DNA of 56,919 bases, filler included, from Dirinaria sp. TL-2023a (lineage: Eukaryota), in the NCBI GenBank assembly GCA_051941275.1. It is 2 parts of 2 records of this genome, joined end to end, with 100 filler letters (N's around TTAATTAATTAA, not from the genome) between each part and the next. Parts side by side here need not be neighbours in the genome. Positions count along the whole stretch, not along the records: positions 1 to 28,468 come from JAVEBF010000125.1; 1 more part is not named here. One strand, written 5' to 3'. Below, one piece after another: positions 1-12,813 of the stretch; position 1 is the first letter of the stretch, and every line of letters starts with the position of its first letter. The notes under the pieces were generated by a model. The model was not told the origin of the DNA. It was given only the letters and a program-made list of their open reading frames with translations, and searched no databases. A program made the translations under genes and the position numbers.

Positions 1-510
1 GGTAAATGTATTTATTGGTTGGGTTTTTAGGAGGAGGGTGGATGGTTCTAATATGAGGGGGGAGGAAGGGGGATTTGGTGATAAGTTGTTGTCTTTTTGA
101 TATTGCTGATCAGGGCTAGGCTGGAGAAAAGAAAGGTCAAGAGAGAAAGAAAGATTGGGGGTTGTCCAGGGGTTAGAGTACGAAAACGAGGTTGTTGAGC
201 GTTCTGAAGAAGAGATGCTGGAATTGTTTTCTGAGAAATAGATGGAATAGGGGATAGCTCTAGATCAGCGGTCAAAACCATTGCTAGCTACGTCGTGTCA
301 GTAGTAGGGATAGTGAACTGCGACTGATTAGATGGAGAACGAAATGAAACAAGCCTTCGGCTAGTTTTATATGCAAAATGTGATAACGCAGCGGAATAGC
401 GATCAGACTGCCCTCGTTAAGCCATTGTCAGAGAGATTTGGGGAGAGTTGTCAGCATTTCATTGCTTGGATTTACCGCCGGCTATGCTTTGCCATACCTC
501 GGATCGCTCC

Positions 511-1194
511 TCATGATACCGTTACATTTGCCGTTCCTGTGGCATTTCCTGCAGCCTCATTAGGCATGGAAGGGTTGTACATAACATAACCCAGCCCAAC
601 CAAAGTGATCTCTGTCCATATCTCCACGTAGGCGCTTAGCATGCGGTAGTTCCGTGCGAGGACTTGCATTGCTAACACAGCATCTGCGACTTGGGACGAT
701 TTTAATTGAAGCCCTCCCGTAGAGGAGATTGTCTCCAGCTTTATCTCGACCCAGTGATCGAGGATTTTGAACGGTGCGTTGAAAGGAATGAGGCTGTCGC
801 CTTGGTTTATGATAGCACCGCGTGAGATCGCCCACAGGGTATCCGCCACCACCGCGTCGATGTTCTGTGCTAGTATCGGCCCGCCGTACTTTCCAAACTT
901 GACACGCGTCCCGCCTCTGATCACGATCTCATGCGGGTTCGGTGGGTTCGGTAAAGGGTTGCTGTTTGTATGTTGAACAACGATAACTTGCAGAGACCTA
1001 AAAAGGCCCGAGAGTGCTGCTTACGCCAATGAACCCTTCCCTGATTGAGTGCCCAACGTCGACGGCAACGCCAGATTCGATGTTGGCGATGGCAGGGGCT
1101 CGAGATTCGGAGGGCAAGCTAACGGTAGAGTATTTACAGCTCGACCGCAAGTGAAATAAATGGTATGAAATAATAGAGTATACTTGAGCAGCAT
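511..1194 (-). CDS. Small secreted hypothetical protein (~206 aa, 2 exons)
   Basis: ATG 1194 begins a signal-peptide-like N-terminus (MLLKYTLLFHTIYFTCGRA). Intron 962-1024 (GTAAGC...CAG) joins it in frame to ORF 511-924 (SLA|NPLPNPPNPHEIVIRGG). No recognised domain. Confidence 0.7.
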
Positions 1195-2346
1195 GGTGAT
1201 CTCACGCAGCAAATCGAGTTGAACAGCATAGCAAGCTTACCAGAGAATGAGCCGATCAAGGCTTTAAAAGGTTGGCTGAAACCCGTCGTAAAGAGCAGTA
1301 ATTCTACCTGCTCGTCGTGTACCATAGCGCAACGGGTGCAGGCCCAATTCAAACAGCGAAAAAGTGGACAGCCAAAGCGCGCGTCGGCTTCATCAGTATG
1401 CGGTTTCAATCAGCGCCTGCAGCGCATACGAGGATTGCTTTGAAACCTGAGCCCAGAGCTATGTCCTCGATCTCGATTGTTTGGACAGGAGTGGCCGCAG
1501 TGAAGCCTTTCGGCTATCTTTCGGCTATCTCTGAGAATAGGCCTGTGCACCGGGCGGTGGTGTATCACCTCCATCCGGAGAGAGGGCTTCCTCGAAGACG
1601 ACGCAGGTTATCAGGAGTTTGAAAAATTCAATAGTCAATATCTTTGCGCTATGACTGAACACCCGGAATACCAGCGTTAAGTGCTCAACATGTCAATGAG
1701 GTACTTCATGTGGCGATGCAACGCTGCGCGCATATACATCAGTGATGAACCGTCATGAAGGAAGCCTTCGAAAGCGATTGATACACTGCCGCAATGTGTC
1801 AATTCATGTCAAGGACCTCTCGGCTCAGAGTGCTGGACGTGGACTGAGATTCTAATTAGGAGAATGTGTATCGTGGCAAGTATGCTCGAGCAACAAGAAA
1901 AACGCGAACACGCAAGTGGAAAAACAAGACAAAAGATGCCCAGATCGCGCATGCAGTCTCCAGCGACCCAACAAACCCTTCCAAAAACCTCGATCTGATT
2001 AGCTTGCCAAGACTGCGACTGACTTGTCGCAAGCCTTTTAAATACATTACTACATCGTCACCAAGTATCCGAAATTTACTGGCCATTGATCAAGCTAAAC
2101 CCCATATATATTTCACACAATCAAGCCACATATATATATCTGGATAGAGACTCTTTTCGTATTGCTGTTTGCCTAATTTTTGTAAATTCCATTTGGATCA
2201 TCACAATGGATGGTCCCGCTCTCGAGTCTCCCGGCATTCGATGCTATAAACAAGTGCAAAGAACGCCAGTAATGGTATCTTATCTCATTCCATCGTCGAG
2301 AAACATTGATTCGTGTTGCACACTCATCATCACCCATTGAAATCAA

Positions 2347-5148
2347 TCACTCATAGAGATCCATGTCCCCAGCACCGTCTTCCAGTGCTAACACGGCGTC
2401 TTCGCCATCTCCCATGAATTCATCTTCGTCAGACATGTCGCTCCCTTCGCCATGATTCGCAAGAACCTCGATCCGTCCATCTTCCAACACCACCCGCGCA
2501 ACCTCTCCATCCCTAACGCTGCCCCTCAAGATTAGCACCGCAAGCCTGTTGAGGACCTCTTTCTCGATGAGCCGCGCGAGTGGCCGTGCGCCGTATGCCG
2601 GCGAGTAGCCTGCCGAACCCAAGTAGTCCTTGACCTCGTCCGTGCAGAAGATCTTAACCTTGCGATCATTGGACGCGAGACGCCTCTGAATCTCATCCAG
2701 CCGCACATCGACAATTTTCCGAATCTCGCGACGGGTTAGGCGATTGAAGATGACGATGCTGCTGATCCGGTTGAGGAATTCAGGTAGGAAGTAGTTGCGC
2801 AGGCTTGTCATGACCATTTCCCGTGTCGTAGGGTCGATTTTGCCGTCTGCTGCGTTCGGTCGAGCCAGGTACTCGGCACCAAGGTTGGAGGTCATGACCA
2901 CGATGCAGTTTCTCGCATCGACAATGCGCCCTTGTCCATCCGTGATGCGACCGTCGTCCATGAGTTGGAGAAGCACGGTGAGCACTTCCTTGGCTGCTTT
3001 TTCGACCTCATCGAACAGGAGAATAGAGAAAGGGCGGCGGCGGAGAGATTCGGTCAGTTGGCCTCCAGCGTCGTGACCGACGTAGCCGGGAGGTGCGCCA
3101 ATCATTCGACTCAGTGAGTGACGTTCTTGATACTCGGACATGTCGAAACGAATCATGCTCTTCGAATCATCGAAAAGGAACTCGGCGAGAGCTTTGGTGA
3201 GGAGAGTCTTGCCCGTCCCGGACGGACCGCAGAAAAGGAATGAAGGGGGTTGATTGGGATTTGCCAGTCCAGAACGTTGAAGGCGAATAGCATTTGAAAC
3301 AGATGTAACAGCCTCTTTTTGCCCAACAACAATCTTTCCCAGCACCTTCTCCATTTGAAGAAGCTTGTCTTTTTCAGTCGTCCGCAGCCTTGTGACGGGG
3401 ATACCTGTCCAACGCGCAACGATCTCGTTGATCTGTTCGGGGCCAACCGCGTCGGCGACCATAGCTTCTTGTGCTGCGTCGGAGCCCCTGCGAGCAGAAA
3501 GTTCCGCATCGGCGCGAGCCCGATCATTCTCGAGCTGCTGAATGCGGGTTTGTACATCGGGAATGGCGAAGTAGATGAGGTCTGATGCCGTCTGGATGTC
3601 TTTGTTCCGCTCAGCTTCTTCCTGTTTCACTCGGAGAGAATCAAGCTTCTTCTTCTGCTCCTGGATGTCTTTGCTGCGTTGTTTTTCTGATTCATATTTC
3701 TCCCGCATGGGCTTCAGATCTTCCTCAACATTGGACATCTCTCGGCGTGCGTCCGCAAGCCGAACGCGAGACGCATCATCTCTTTCCCTCTCCAATGCAT
3801 GGATCTCGATTTGTAATTGGCGCAATCTTCGATCCATAGTGTCGAGCGCTTCTGGTTGGGATTCGCGAGCGACCCTGACGGCAGCTGCTGCCTCGTCGAT
3901 CAGATCAACTGCGGAGTCTGGCAGGCGTCGTGCGGTCAAATACCGGGCTGCCAATGTAGCGGCCGCTACAATGGCACCGTCCTGGATGTTGACCCCGTGA
4001 TGAACCTCGTACTTCTCCTTCAAACCACGTAGGATGGAAATAGTCTCGGGTATTGTCGGTTCTTTAACAAGTACTTGCTGGAATCTCCGCTCGAAAGCTT
4101 GATCTTTCTCGATATATTTCCGGTATTCGGCTAGCGTTGTGGCGCCAATGCAGTGAAGCTGACCTCTAGCTAGCATCGGCTTGAGCAGATTTGCTGCATC
4201 CATTCCGCCCTCGCCACTCGTGCCAGCCCCCATGAGCAGGTGAATCTCGTCCACGAAAAGTACGATCATCTCTTTTGAGTTCTCAATCTCTTTCAGGACA
4301 CCCTTCATTCGCTCCTCGAATTCGCCTCGATATTTGCTACCGGCAACGAGAGAGCCTACATCAAGGGACAGGAGTTTGCATGCCGCTAGATTTGCTGGCA
4401 CATCCACGTTAACAATTCGGGAGGCAAGGCCTTCGACGACCGTCGTCTTGCCCACGCCTGGCTCTCCAATTAGAACAGGATTGTTCTTCGTTCTCCGCGA
4501 AAGAATCCGGATAACCCTCCTGATCTCCTCTTCTCGACCAATAACCGGGTCAATCTTGCCTTCTCTTGCCAGTGAAGTCATGTCAATCGTAAACTTTTTC
4601 AGGTTCTCATTTTCCTCCTCCGCATCCGCTGTCTTAGAGTCCACCCGTTTTGTTCCTCGAATCTGTTGTATCGCCGTATCAATCAATTTCGTGTTGGGTA
4701 TATTTGCATCTGCTAAACACCGTTGAATGGAAGAGTCTTGCGCCAGCGCTGTAATGAGATGATCGATCGCGATGAAGCTGTCCTTTTGGGTCTTCTGGAT
4801 TTCATTGGCGTTTCGAAGGACTTTGGAAAACTGCGGCGATATGGATACATTTTCGGGCGGTGGATCTTGACTGGGCAATCGCACAAGCGCCTTCTTCATA
4901 GCCCGGTCAAGTAATTGAGGATCGCCATGGGCGCGATCGACGACCTGACGAAACAGTGGCGCCGATGCATGGCTGTGGGACGCGTTCATCGTCTGCTGTT
5001 GATCTTTGGATTCGTCTATGGGAGGATCGAGAAGCGAAACGGCAAGGTGGAGTGGTAGGATCTGCGAGTGCGAGTATTGTTGAGCAAGCTCATGAGCGTC
5101 GGCCAGGGCCTTCTGGCCCCGGTCAGTGAACTGCATGCCAGAAGTCAT
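2347..5148 (-). CDS. HSP104: Hsp104/ClpB AAA+ disaggregase, 933 aa, intronless
   Basis: Clp N-domain, Walker A GEPGVGKT and GPSGTGKT, Walker B LFVDEIH and LLFDEVEKA, coiled-coil middle domain, GARPL motif, acidic tail; no mitochondrial presequence, so not Hsp78. Confidence 0.97.
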   Translation of the reverse strand: MTSGMQFTDRGQKALADAHELAQQYSHSQILPLHLAVSLLDPPIDESKDQQQTMNASHSHASAPLFRQVVDRAHGDPQLLDRAMKKALVRLPSQDPPPENVSISPQFSKVLRNANEIQKTQKDSFIAIDHLITALAQDSSIQRCLADANIPNTKLIDTAIQQIRGTKRVDSKTADAEEENENLKKFTIDMTSLAREGKIDPVIGREEEIRRVIRILSRRTKNNPVLIGEPGVGKTTVVEGLASRIVNVDVPANLAACKLLSLDVGSLVAGSKYRGEFEERMKGVLKEIENSKEMIVLFVDEIHLLMGAGTSGEGGMDAANLLKPMLARGQLHCIGATTLAEYRKYIEKDQAFERRFQQVLVKEPTIPETISILRGLKEKYEVHHGVNIQDGAIVAAATLAARYLTARRLPDSAVDLIDEAAAAVRVARESQPEALDTMDRRLRQLQIEIHALERERDDASRVRLADARREMSNVEEDLKPMREKYESEKQRSKDIQEQKKKLDSLRVKQEEAERNKDIQTASDLIYFAIPDVQTRIQQLENDRARADAELSARRGSDAAQEAMVADAVGPEQINEIVARWTGIPVTRLRTTEKDKLLQMEKVLGKIVVGQKEAVTSVSNAIRLQRSGLANPNQPPSFLFCGPSGTGKTLLTKALAEFLFDDSKSMIRFDMSEYQERHSLSRMIGAPPGYVGHDAGGQLTESLRRRPFSILLFDEVEKAAKEVLTVLLQLMDDGRITDGQGRIVDARNCIVVMTSNLGAEYLARPNAADGKIDPTTREMVMTSLRNYFLPEFLNRISSIVIFNRLTRREIRKIVDVRLDEIQRRLASNDRKVKIFCTDEVKDYLGSAGYSPAYGARPLARLIEKEVLNRLAVLILRGSVRDGEVARVVLEDGRIEVLANHGEGSDMSDEDEFMGDGEDAVLALEDGAGDMDLYE

Positions 5149-5376
5149 TTTGGATGAGTCGTTGTCGTCGTCGTCAAAGCCCGCTGCAATGGTGGTTTAA
5201 CCAGGTGCAGCAAGAGTGGGGCAACTTTGAAAAGGAGCCCACGACGTAGGAAGAAGGAAGTGATTTCTAGACGACAACAAGACTATCGTTTCCACTACCT
5301 ATTTACAAGATGCCAGCCACGAGAGTCTTTTCCAGGGAAGCGACCAGCAAGTTCTGGTGTCAGCATGAATATTGGA

Positions 5377-5439
5377 GAATCTTCTGGACCGAACACAAGA
5401 AAGTCAATCAACGCTAACCACGTCATCGGTGCCGAGGGG
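5377..5439. promoter_or_regulatory. Candidate heat-shock element and STRE upstream of HSP104
   Basis: GAAtcTTCtgGAc at 5377-5389 (one mismatch to a 3-unit HSE) and AGGGG at 5435-5439, 230-290 bp upstream of the ATG. Confidence 0.45.
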
Positions 5440-5974
5440 CTCCAACTTACCGAGGGCTTGGCAGGCTCCGGGTTTTTATCGGGCTTGGCTGTCTTGTTGT
5501 TTAACCTTATCCGACCTGACCTCAGCAAATTTGGTGTGAAGGGCTTCCATCGTTCCATGAGTGGTCAGTCTTTGTGAAAGGTAAAAAGATCCTGCCGTAC
5601 TCAATAGCACTTGTAGCATCAACTCAAAACTATTTCATAACTCGAACATAAAGTACACCAGATTAAAACATAATCCAGGGCTGAGGAACAATCTTTGAAA
5701 GAGAGGGACATCGAACGACTGTTTCCGGCAGCTTCATAACTCATCCACAACAGATTAGATAGATAGGCAGGCAGGCAATGGGCATCAAGCAACAGCTTAT
5801 TCCATGCCAGCCATATATATGTACTCGGAATTTCATGCAGTCACCTACAGTCATTCTTCGAACAGAGCTCCGAACGCTTGACTTGAGCCCCGTATCTGGT
5901 CGGGCGACTGTACACGGTGACATGCTCCGCCTCGGTAGTCTCCCAAGGGATGCCCATGCCCAGACTTGCTGGGC

Positions 5975-6092
5975 TCATCGGCTCAACTCAATCGTGTACA
6001 CCGGGGCTTTGACGAGCACACTTCTTCCCCGGTTCTCAACAGCCATGAAGGCCGAAAATCGCACTCGTTCTTCTTTGGGCGCCTGCGCCTGT

Positions 6093-6127
<35 letters not shown>

Positions 6128-8746
6128 TGCCGCGGCACCGTTGCTCACAGCATTGCCACCTTTCTTATTCCCACCCATGAAGCCGCCAAACATTCCCTTC
6201 TTCTTTGCCGCTTGCGGCGGAGCCTCCCTTTCCCGTGCCAGATCCTTTCGCTCCGGTTGGGAGGCGCCGCTGCTGTTGTTGGCTCGCTCCTCGGTTTCAT
6301 TGCCGTCTTTAGTCTCCCCGCCTGTGAGGCTGCCCGTGTCATCGCCCTGAACCTCATCTGGCAAACCCTCGCCAGGATTCGTCAAAGGCGGCAGCCCAGA
6401 CTCGACTTTCATAAAGTTCTCATCGATGCGAGATCCTGGCAGACAGTAGTTGACATAGACATCCCTGCTTTCAAGAGGCAGATTGGCGGAAATGCCGACC
6501 GCCAATTCGATGATCATGGAGACTCCTCCCTCGACTCCTGCTGGAGCCGGCTCTTTGAGTAGCATGCTCAGACTAGCAGTGAGCTTCTCAACGAGGTCTC
6601 CGGTCAGTTGGGCTCGGTTTTCGGCCGCTGCCGGGGAGCTCAGGTTTTCATGAAGGCCATCGAGCGTTGCCAGGCGCCAGTTACAAATCCGAGACATTAG
6701 CGCTTCTCTCTCTTCCTCAGAAGGGGTTGGAGGTGCAAAACGTCGAAGGTTTTTCTCAATGATCTTTAGTTGTGCGCTCAGGTTTTGCTCCAGTGCTGGG
6801 TGGAAATAATGCCCAAAAATTTCGTCCACCAGCCAACGACTTATGCAAGCACGGCCAACAGCTGTCATCTCTTTTGAAAGCGAGGTGGTCGCGTCCTTGT
6901 TAACATGCTGGGCCAGCCATGGGGGGATAGTGCGCCAGTCTCGGCGAATGTTGAAAGCCAGTTGGTTGATGGCGCCGTCCAGCCGAGAAAACCTGTTCAT
7001 GTATTCGTTGTCGTCCAGTGAGGTCCGAGATTGCAGAAGCCTTTGGTGAGCCAGTGTGTTCTGGAGCTGTTGAACCTGCGCATCTTTTTCAAAATAGTAT
7101 TTCTTCACCTTGCGGTATTTCTCCTCTGCAGCCGGTCAGATCTATGTGGCGAACCCGTAAGGCTGCTTGAAGGGGACGTAAAACTTACGAAGTTCGTCAT
7201 GCCTGGCGAGTATCTGATTTACATCTAGACTCGCTAGATCGTCTCGAGACCTGCTAGGGGGCGGTGTACTCCGACCCTGCTCATTTGTCGTTTGGGAAGG
7301 AAGGGGTGAAGGTTGAGGTGTCGCTCTGAACTGCTGATTCTGTTGGCTGACGCTGAGACGAGTATCATACTGAGGTGGATTTGTTTGTTGGTTCTGCCCT
7401 GATGCCGTTTGAGTGTAAGGCTGGTAACCGGAACCTTCTCGCATGATTACTCCAGGTGGGTTTGGCTGGGCTAATTCGTCGGATCTCCGCCCTTGACCTT
7501 GCTGCTGAGATGGAGGAGGCGCGCCCATGGATGTTGAAGTGTATGCGTTCAACGATGACCGATTGGAACCCTGCCTCTCGTGATGCGAATCGTGGCTTCT
7601 GATCCCTGCGTTCAGTGGAGATGGAGGGTCGTATAAAGACTGTTGTGAAGGCGGCCTGTCTCGCTGGAAGTCCTGCCGATATTGCTGTAGAGCCTCCTGG
7701 GGAGCCCGTACCTGTAGTGGATGGCTTGATGTCGACGTGGCAGAAGCTGGCGATGAATGGTATGATGACGGAATCTGGTTCGAGATAGTAGACGCAGGAG
7801 AAGGTTGATAGGATGTATTGGCTTGGAATGGGTCTTGCGGAGCGCGTTGGTGTTGCTGTACTGAGCGGGCTGTATTCTCCCACAGTGAAGAGGTTGCAGA
7901 CCCTTGTCGCTCGTATGGATGACGTTGAGGGAGGCTCGTGACTAACCCCTGTGCAGGCAGTTTACCGTGTGAATGTTCTTGTTGGGAGCTGTTTAGGGGC
8001 AGATTAGATCGTAGAGGATCCTTCTCTGGTATAGGCGGGCCAACTTCGTTTGGCAGTGGACGACCAGGCGTCAGGTCGCCGTCGTCCTCGTCCTCGTCTT
8101 CGTCCTCGTCTTCCTCTTCTACTTCTGTCGAATGTGGAGCACTCTTTGCCGGCCCTGACTGGGATGGCCACTTCTGCTGACTCTGGCGGGGACTGACTGT
8201 CTCGCCTGTGAGCTGCGGGTCCTTCCTCTTTACCGAAATACTCCTGCCAAGCCTATTTGCTGGCGGCGGGTTATACGATTGTGATGACTGTTCCTTCGCA
8301 GCGGACGAAGAGCCTAGCTTGAAGAAGCGCCTCCTCTTGGAATCCTCCCTTGGTGGTGGTGCTGCTGCAGGGAGAGCCTGCCGGTAATAGGAGTCGGGGT
8401 TCTCGTCCAATGTTTGGCCAGCACCGCCTGCTGCAGGGCCGACGAGATTGATTGTTGGCTGCTGATGGGGATTCTGTGCAGTGGGCGACCGTTGGCTCTG
8501 CGAGCGCGTTGGACCGTAATAGTATCGCGCTTCGTCTGGCCGGTAGACGGAAGGTTGTCCAAAAGTGTAATCCTCGTCGTCCTCTTTCGCTTCGGGGGAT
8601 ACGGCCGAGGATGAAGGGAAGCGCGGAGAGTGAATGGGAGTGTCAATGGGGGAGGCCTGGTAAGATCGTCTGTCGTTGGATTCCTGCGTGTTGAGCAAGG
8701 AACCCTGGGAACGATTCTTGTGGAAGAAGGATCTTGTGGAGGGCAT
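5975..8746 (-). CDS. Conserved fungal hypothetical protein, disordered S/P/Q-rich N-half, helical C-terminal domain (2 exons)
   Basis: ORFs 7142-8746 and 5975-7108 are joined by intron 7126-7188 (GTAAGT...CTGAC...CAG), giving HDELQEKYRKVKKYYFEKDAQVQQLQNTLAHQR. Confidence 0.85.
6089..6127 (-). repeat. CAG/CAA trinucleotide tract encoding Q13
   Basis: 13 consecutive Gln codons inside the CDS. Confidence 0.95.
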
Positions 8747-9720
8747 CGCAATGCTAAGAAGATACCTTAGTCTCCTCAGAAATTAGATACTTTCCCGAAT
8801 GAGCTGGCGAATTGTGGGGTCTGGAGGCCTATCTTTGGGCCTCGCGATCGACCGAGACGAGCGCAAGCAGTAAAGTCCGCTTGGAATTGTAGACAGTTTC
8901 TTCAAAGCCTCCTTTCAGGTACATGGTCTGGAGGGGCTAACGGCAAAAGCAGTTGCAGATTAGATTGCCTTAGGCACACGCAGTCGAGACAGTGTGCAGC
9001 ATCTACAAGCGGCAGGCACTGAGGCAACACGACTGTTTCACCCACACGTAGTGGGTTATAAGAATAGCTTGATGTCTAAGAACGCTACCAAGCTTGATAT
9101 CCGAGGTGGACAGCGTTACTAAGGTAGAAGCAACCGAAATTGCATTATTGCGATGCTGTAAGGAAATGATTGGATTCCTATTGAGGGAGGAATTACGGAG
9201 TCCCTCACGGGCTGGCAATAATACTTCAGCCGAACAAAGCGAGGAGAGGCGTTTCGCCGACTGCAGGCCGCGGAGGCTGTGTGCATACCATCATTTCGCT
9301 TTGACACGAGAATGAGCTCAGCTTACAAACGTTATTTCGAAGGCTTCAATCTATGTGGCCAGCCTACGCATGGTGCAGGCGCGAGCGGCGAATTATTGAT
9401 TCAGACATTAATGTTTGACAGCTCCTCAAATCGGGTATATCTACACGGGGTCGAGCAACGCCGAATGAAGCCACAGGACACCGACATTCAACATACATGC
9501 CTTGCTCTCACAATCAAGAAATCATCATGTACGAATACGATGCATATTCCACCATATCAGATTCCGAAAATAGTTTGATTAGATTTGACTAAACACTCAG
9601 CATCCATCTATAACCCAAGAAAGCGCATACCCTCATGCAACATAAGATGACCTCAGAGCTGACCAATCGTACATCGAATTGATCTGCCTAGGACTACTGT
9701 AACTCTGGCGAACAGTGTCT

Positions 9721-11460
9721 TCACATCCACTCGCCATAGATCCACCGGTTAAAGAGTTCCAAGCTCGCTTCTGGCTGGTCCAAGGGAACCATATGGCCCG
9801 CAGCATGGAGCCTTACGAAAGTAAGGTTGCCATTACTCTTCACCTCACCGATCTTCTTACCCTCAGCCCCAAGCTTCAAAGGCTCGAGGTCAATCTTATT
9901 GTACGCTTCTTGACCCGGCCATTCGAGGGCTTCAGTCCAGGCTTGGTTGCCCAACCAGTTGCAGATAAAGTCAGCGTCACCCTACCAAACGTTAGAGCGG
10001 TGTCCTAATTTAGGTCTACGCCGGCAATCAAAGGGGCTAGACTTACGGCGTAGATAAGAACGGGGATCTTCTCCATGATGCCCGGAACTAAACGGTGGTA
10101 AGGCTTCATCCAGTCACCGCCTAGCAGGAAATTCCTATTGATGTCGAAGTTGCAGCTGTCATAACTGTCCACTTCGGCGCCCAAAGCTTGGAGCACCTCT
10201 GGCCTGTTGAGGTACTTGGTGATCCAGCCAAGTTGGTTATAGCAAAGAGATCCGCCATCTTCGCATTTGACGCGAACATCGTAGGGGTTCTGCCCTGTAC
10301 TCTGATATGGGCCGATAATAGCGTTGTTGCAGTAGATAGATGCAGGCACACAGTACCAGGCGCTCTCGCTGCTGTAGCAGTTCTCAATGAGCGATTGGCA
10401 ACGTGGGAGAGCGTTGTCCATTGAGCGGCATTTGCTTTCGTCAAGCACAGCTGGCCAACCTCCTTGACCGCAAGCCATAGGTCTGTAGTATTCATACTGC
10501 GTCAGACCGTCGGTCAGACCATTACCGATAAGGACGGACTTCAGGTTGATATTATTCTTCCTATGACGCAAAATCTCGGCGGTAAAGACCGGGATGTAGT
10601 GCCCTCCATATGATTCGCCTGCGATATGGAAATCTTGGTGGGCGTACTGTGGAAATTGTTTGAAGAAGAGGGTGAGAAGGGCATATATGTCCTTGCCTGC
10701 TGCGATGCTGTCGCTCACGGAGCTACCACTGTATGAAAAACCCGTGTTCACTGGCTGATCGAGGAAGATGACGGACGCATTCGAGTTCCACGAATAAGGA
10801 TTGTGAATGACATTACCATCCTTGTCGATTGTAGCTGGACCAAGCTCTAGAAAGAGGCCTGTGAGCGAAGAACAGCCAGGGCCGCCATTCAACCATAAAA
10901 CGACAGGGTCATTCTCAGGATCGTTTCGAGACTCGAAGAACCCTGATTCGAAGTCAGTCTCACGGGGAACTATGCTTCTACAGGTGACTCTCACAATAGA
11001 ACAGATGTTTGTCGTTCTCTTCATCATCTAGGTATCCGCTGTACTGCTTCACCCCTGGGTCCACACCAAGCGAGCCGGGGTCGACCTTTTTCGACCTCAG
11101 GTTGTAAGCTTCCAACTTTCCATCGACCTCACGCTCTTTCTCTCCATCTTTGTTCTCGGTCCAAATACCCTGTACTTCTGCGCCCTTCGTGATATGGTCC
11201 CACTGGCAGTCGGGTCTCCGGATATGCTTCTTTGGAGGAGATATGAAGCTGGCCTTGTCCATAGCTTCGGGAAACATCGTGGCAACCTCATCCCATATAG
11301 CTCGAGCTTCACCGGTAAAAGACTTGAGAGTTTCCTGAAGCTGGGGTAAAGGTTTAGTCCAAGGTTCAGAGACCCGCTCGGGTGGTTGTAGGACATGTTG
11401 CGGCGGCGAGACTGCTGCGGATGCTGCCCCAACAAGGAGCGACGGTGCAAGATAGCGCAT
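9721..11460 (-). CDS. cpyA: Vacuolar carboxypeptidase Y (peptidase S10), 3 exons
   Basis: Signal peptide and propeptide, [16 protein letters not shown] catalytic Ser, [14 protein letters not shown]. Introns 10943-10994 and 9982-10046 restore LFYW-FFESRN and YA-GDAD. Confidence 0.96.
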
Positions 11461-12813
11461 GGTGATATGTTCCTCACAGATCAAGGAGGTAGGTAGTAAT
11501 TTTCAAAGAGCGCTTTGTTGGGGAAATCAAGCTGGTGGTCTGATTCTATGGTTGCCTGAAGTGGTACGGAGTAGATGACGAAGTCCCAGGTCATGCGATA
11601 CCGCCTTGATAGATAAGGGAAGTCATTTTAAATCTCGCGCAGTGGCTGGGCAACGTTTCAGGGTCCCTCGGGTTCTTTACCCGCAAGCTACTGCACCGAC
11701 CCCACCAAGAAAGAGTAGCCAAATTTTAGGGCATACTCAGGGTTCGAACGCGAAAGACAGCAGGCAAAACTGAAATCTTGGCGCCATGGACGGTGGCCTT
11801 GGATACTAGGAGTAATATTGTGAACGAGCGCGGCCTTCATCTTTCTGGATAGGTTGACCTGATGCGGCATGTCTCCTTCCCGAAACATCTGTGATGATTG
11901 AACTTTCACATCGACTGAGCGGCCAGTACTGAATTTGCTGGAGTATGTTTCAAATCTTCATCGACTCGGAGTGTGCCACAGACGCAGGTGATATGTGAAA
12001 GGAAAGAAAAAGCTTCAGACTCTCCTCGCAAAACCCCAGAAAAATCAATTTGAAAATCAATTTGAAAATTTCCAAAATCCATTCCAATGAGCTCTCGCCT
12101 TATCGTGAAGCTGTCGGTCTATTTCAAGACCTGTCGGCACCGCTCCCTTGCGCCCGTGTATGATAGCTAGCTGGGTTGTCAATCGTACTGTCAGTGAATG
12201 CTTATGTTAGCTCAACGCCTGGATGAGCCTTCCACAGAAGCTCCAAGTCCCTGATGCGACACGAGCATCTCAAGCGCTTTTGGCGTATCCCAGTTTGGAT
12301 CTTTCCATCTGTGCCTATGTGCCTATAAGATGTGTCTCGATGAATTCCTGCAAGTTGTATAATACTAACCACGAATAGCATCAGCGCCGCTCTCTAGAAA
12401 CGATTTCGCCTTTCGCGGGTGATATCCGTCAGTAGTTATGAGCAAAGGAGAAGCTCTATGCGTAGAACAAAATTTTATGCCAAATTTTGGCCCTTAATGG
12501 GATTTTAAATAATAACTTAACACTCGCAATCCTTTCTAGGGTACCCACAGAAATAGATACTACTAGTCAGTCCTTGCAGGAGACTGAAATCAAAATTTTC
12601 CTTTGATATCTGAGTCCACATCAGCTCTATAAATCGAACGGGGGCTCTAGGGCAAAGCAGAGATCACAACTACCCAGACCAAGAACATTGCATGCTGCTC
12701 CACAATGATTAAATGAAAGTATATAAATGTACGCTTGGACAATATCACCAGCATCAGGATGAAAATACACGATACGAAGTAGGGGCATAACAACGAAGAT
12801 GAATTGTACTCAC

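Noticed and set aside
2795..4914. Long plus-strand ORFs antisense to HSP104 (and similar shadow ORFs over other genes)
   Set aside because: Mirror-frame by-products of codon bias in real genes; no recognisable motifs.
5778..6562. ORFs with poly-Cys and poly-Leu runs
   Set aside because: Antisense readings of the polyQ tract.
12041..12068. Short direct repeats (AAAATCAATTTG x2 here; ACAGCTGCGCC x2 near 23738)
   Set aside because: Two-copy slippage duplications with no further structure; not CRISPR-like or mobile.
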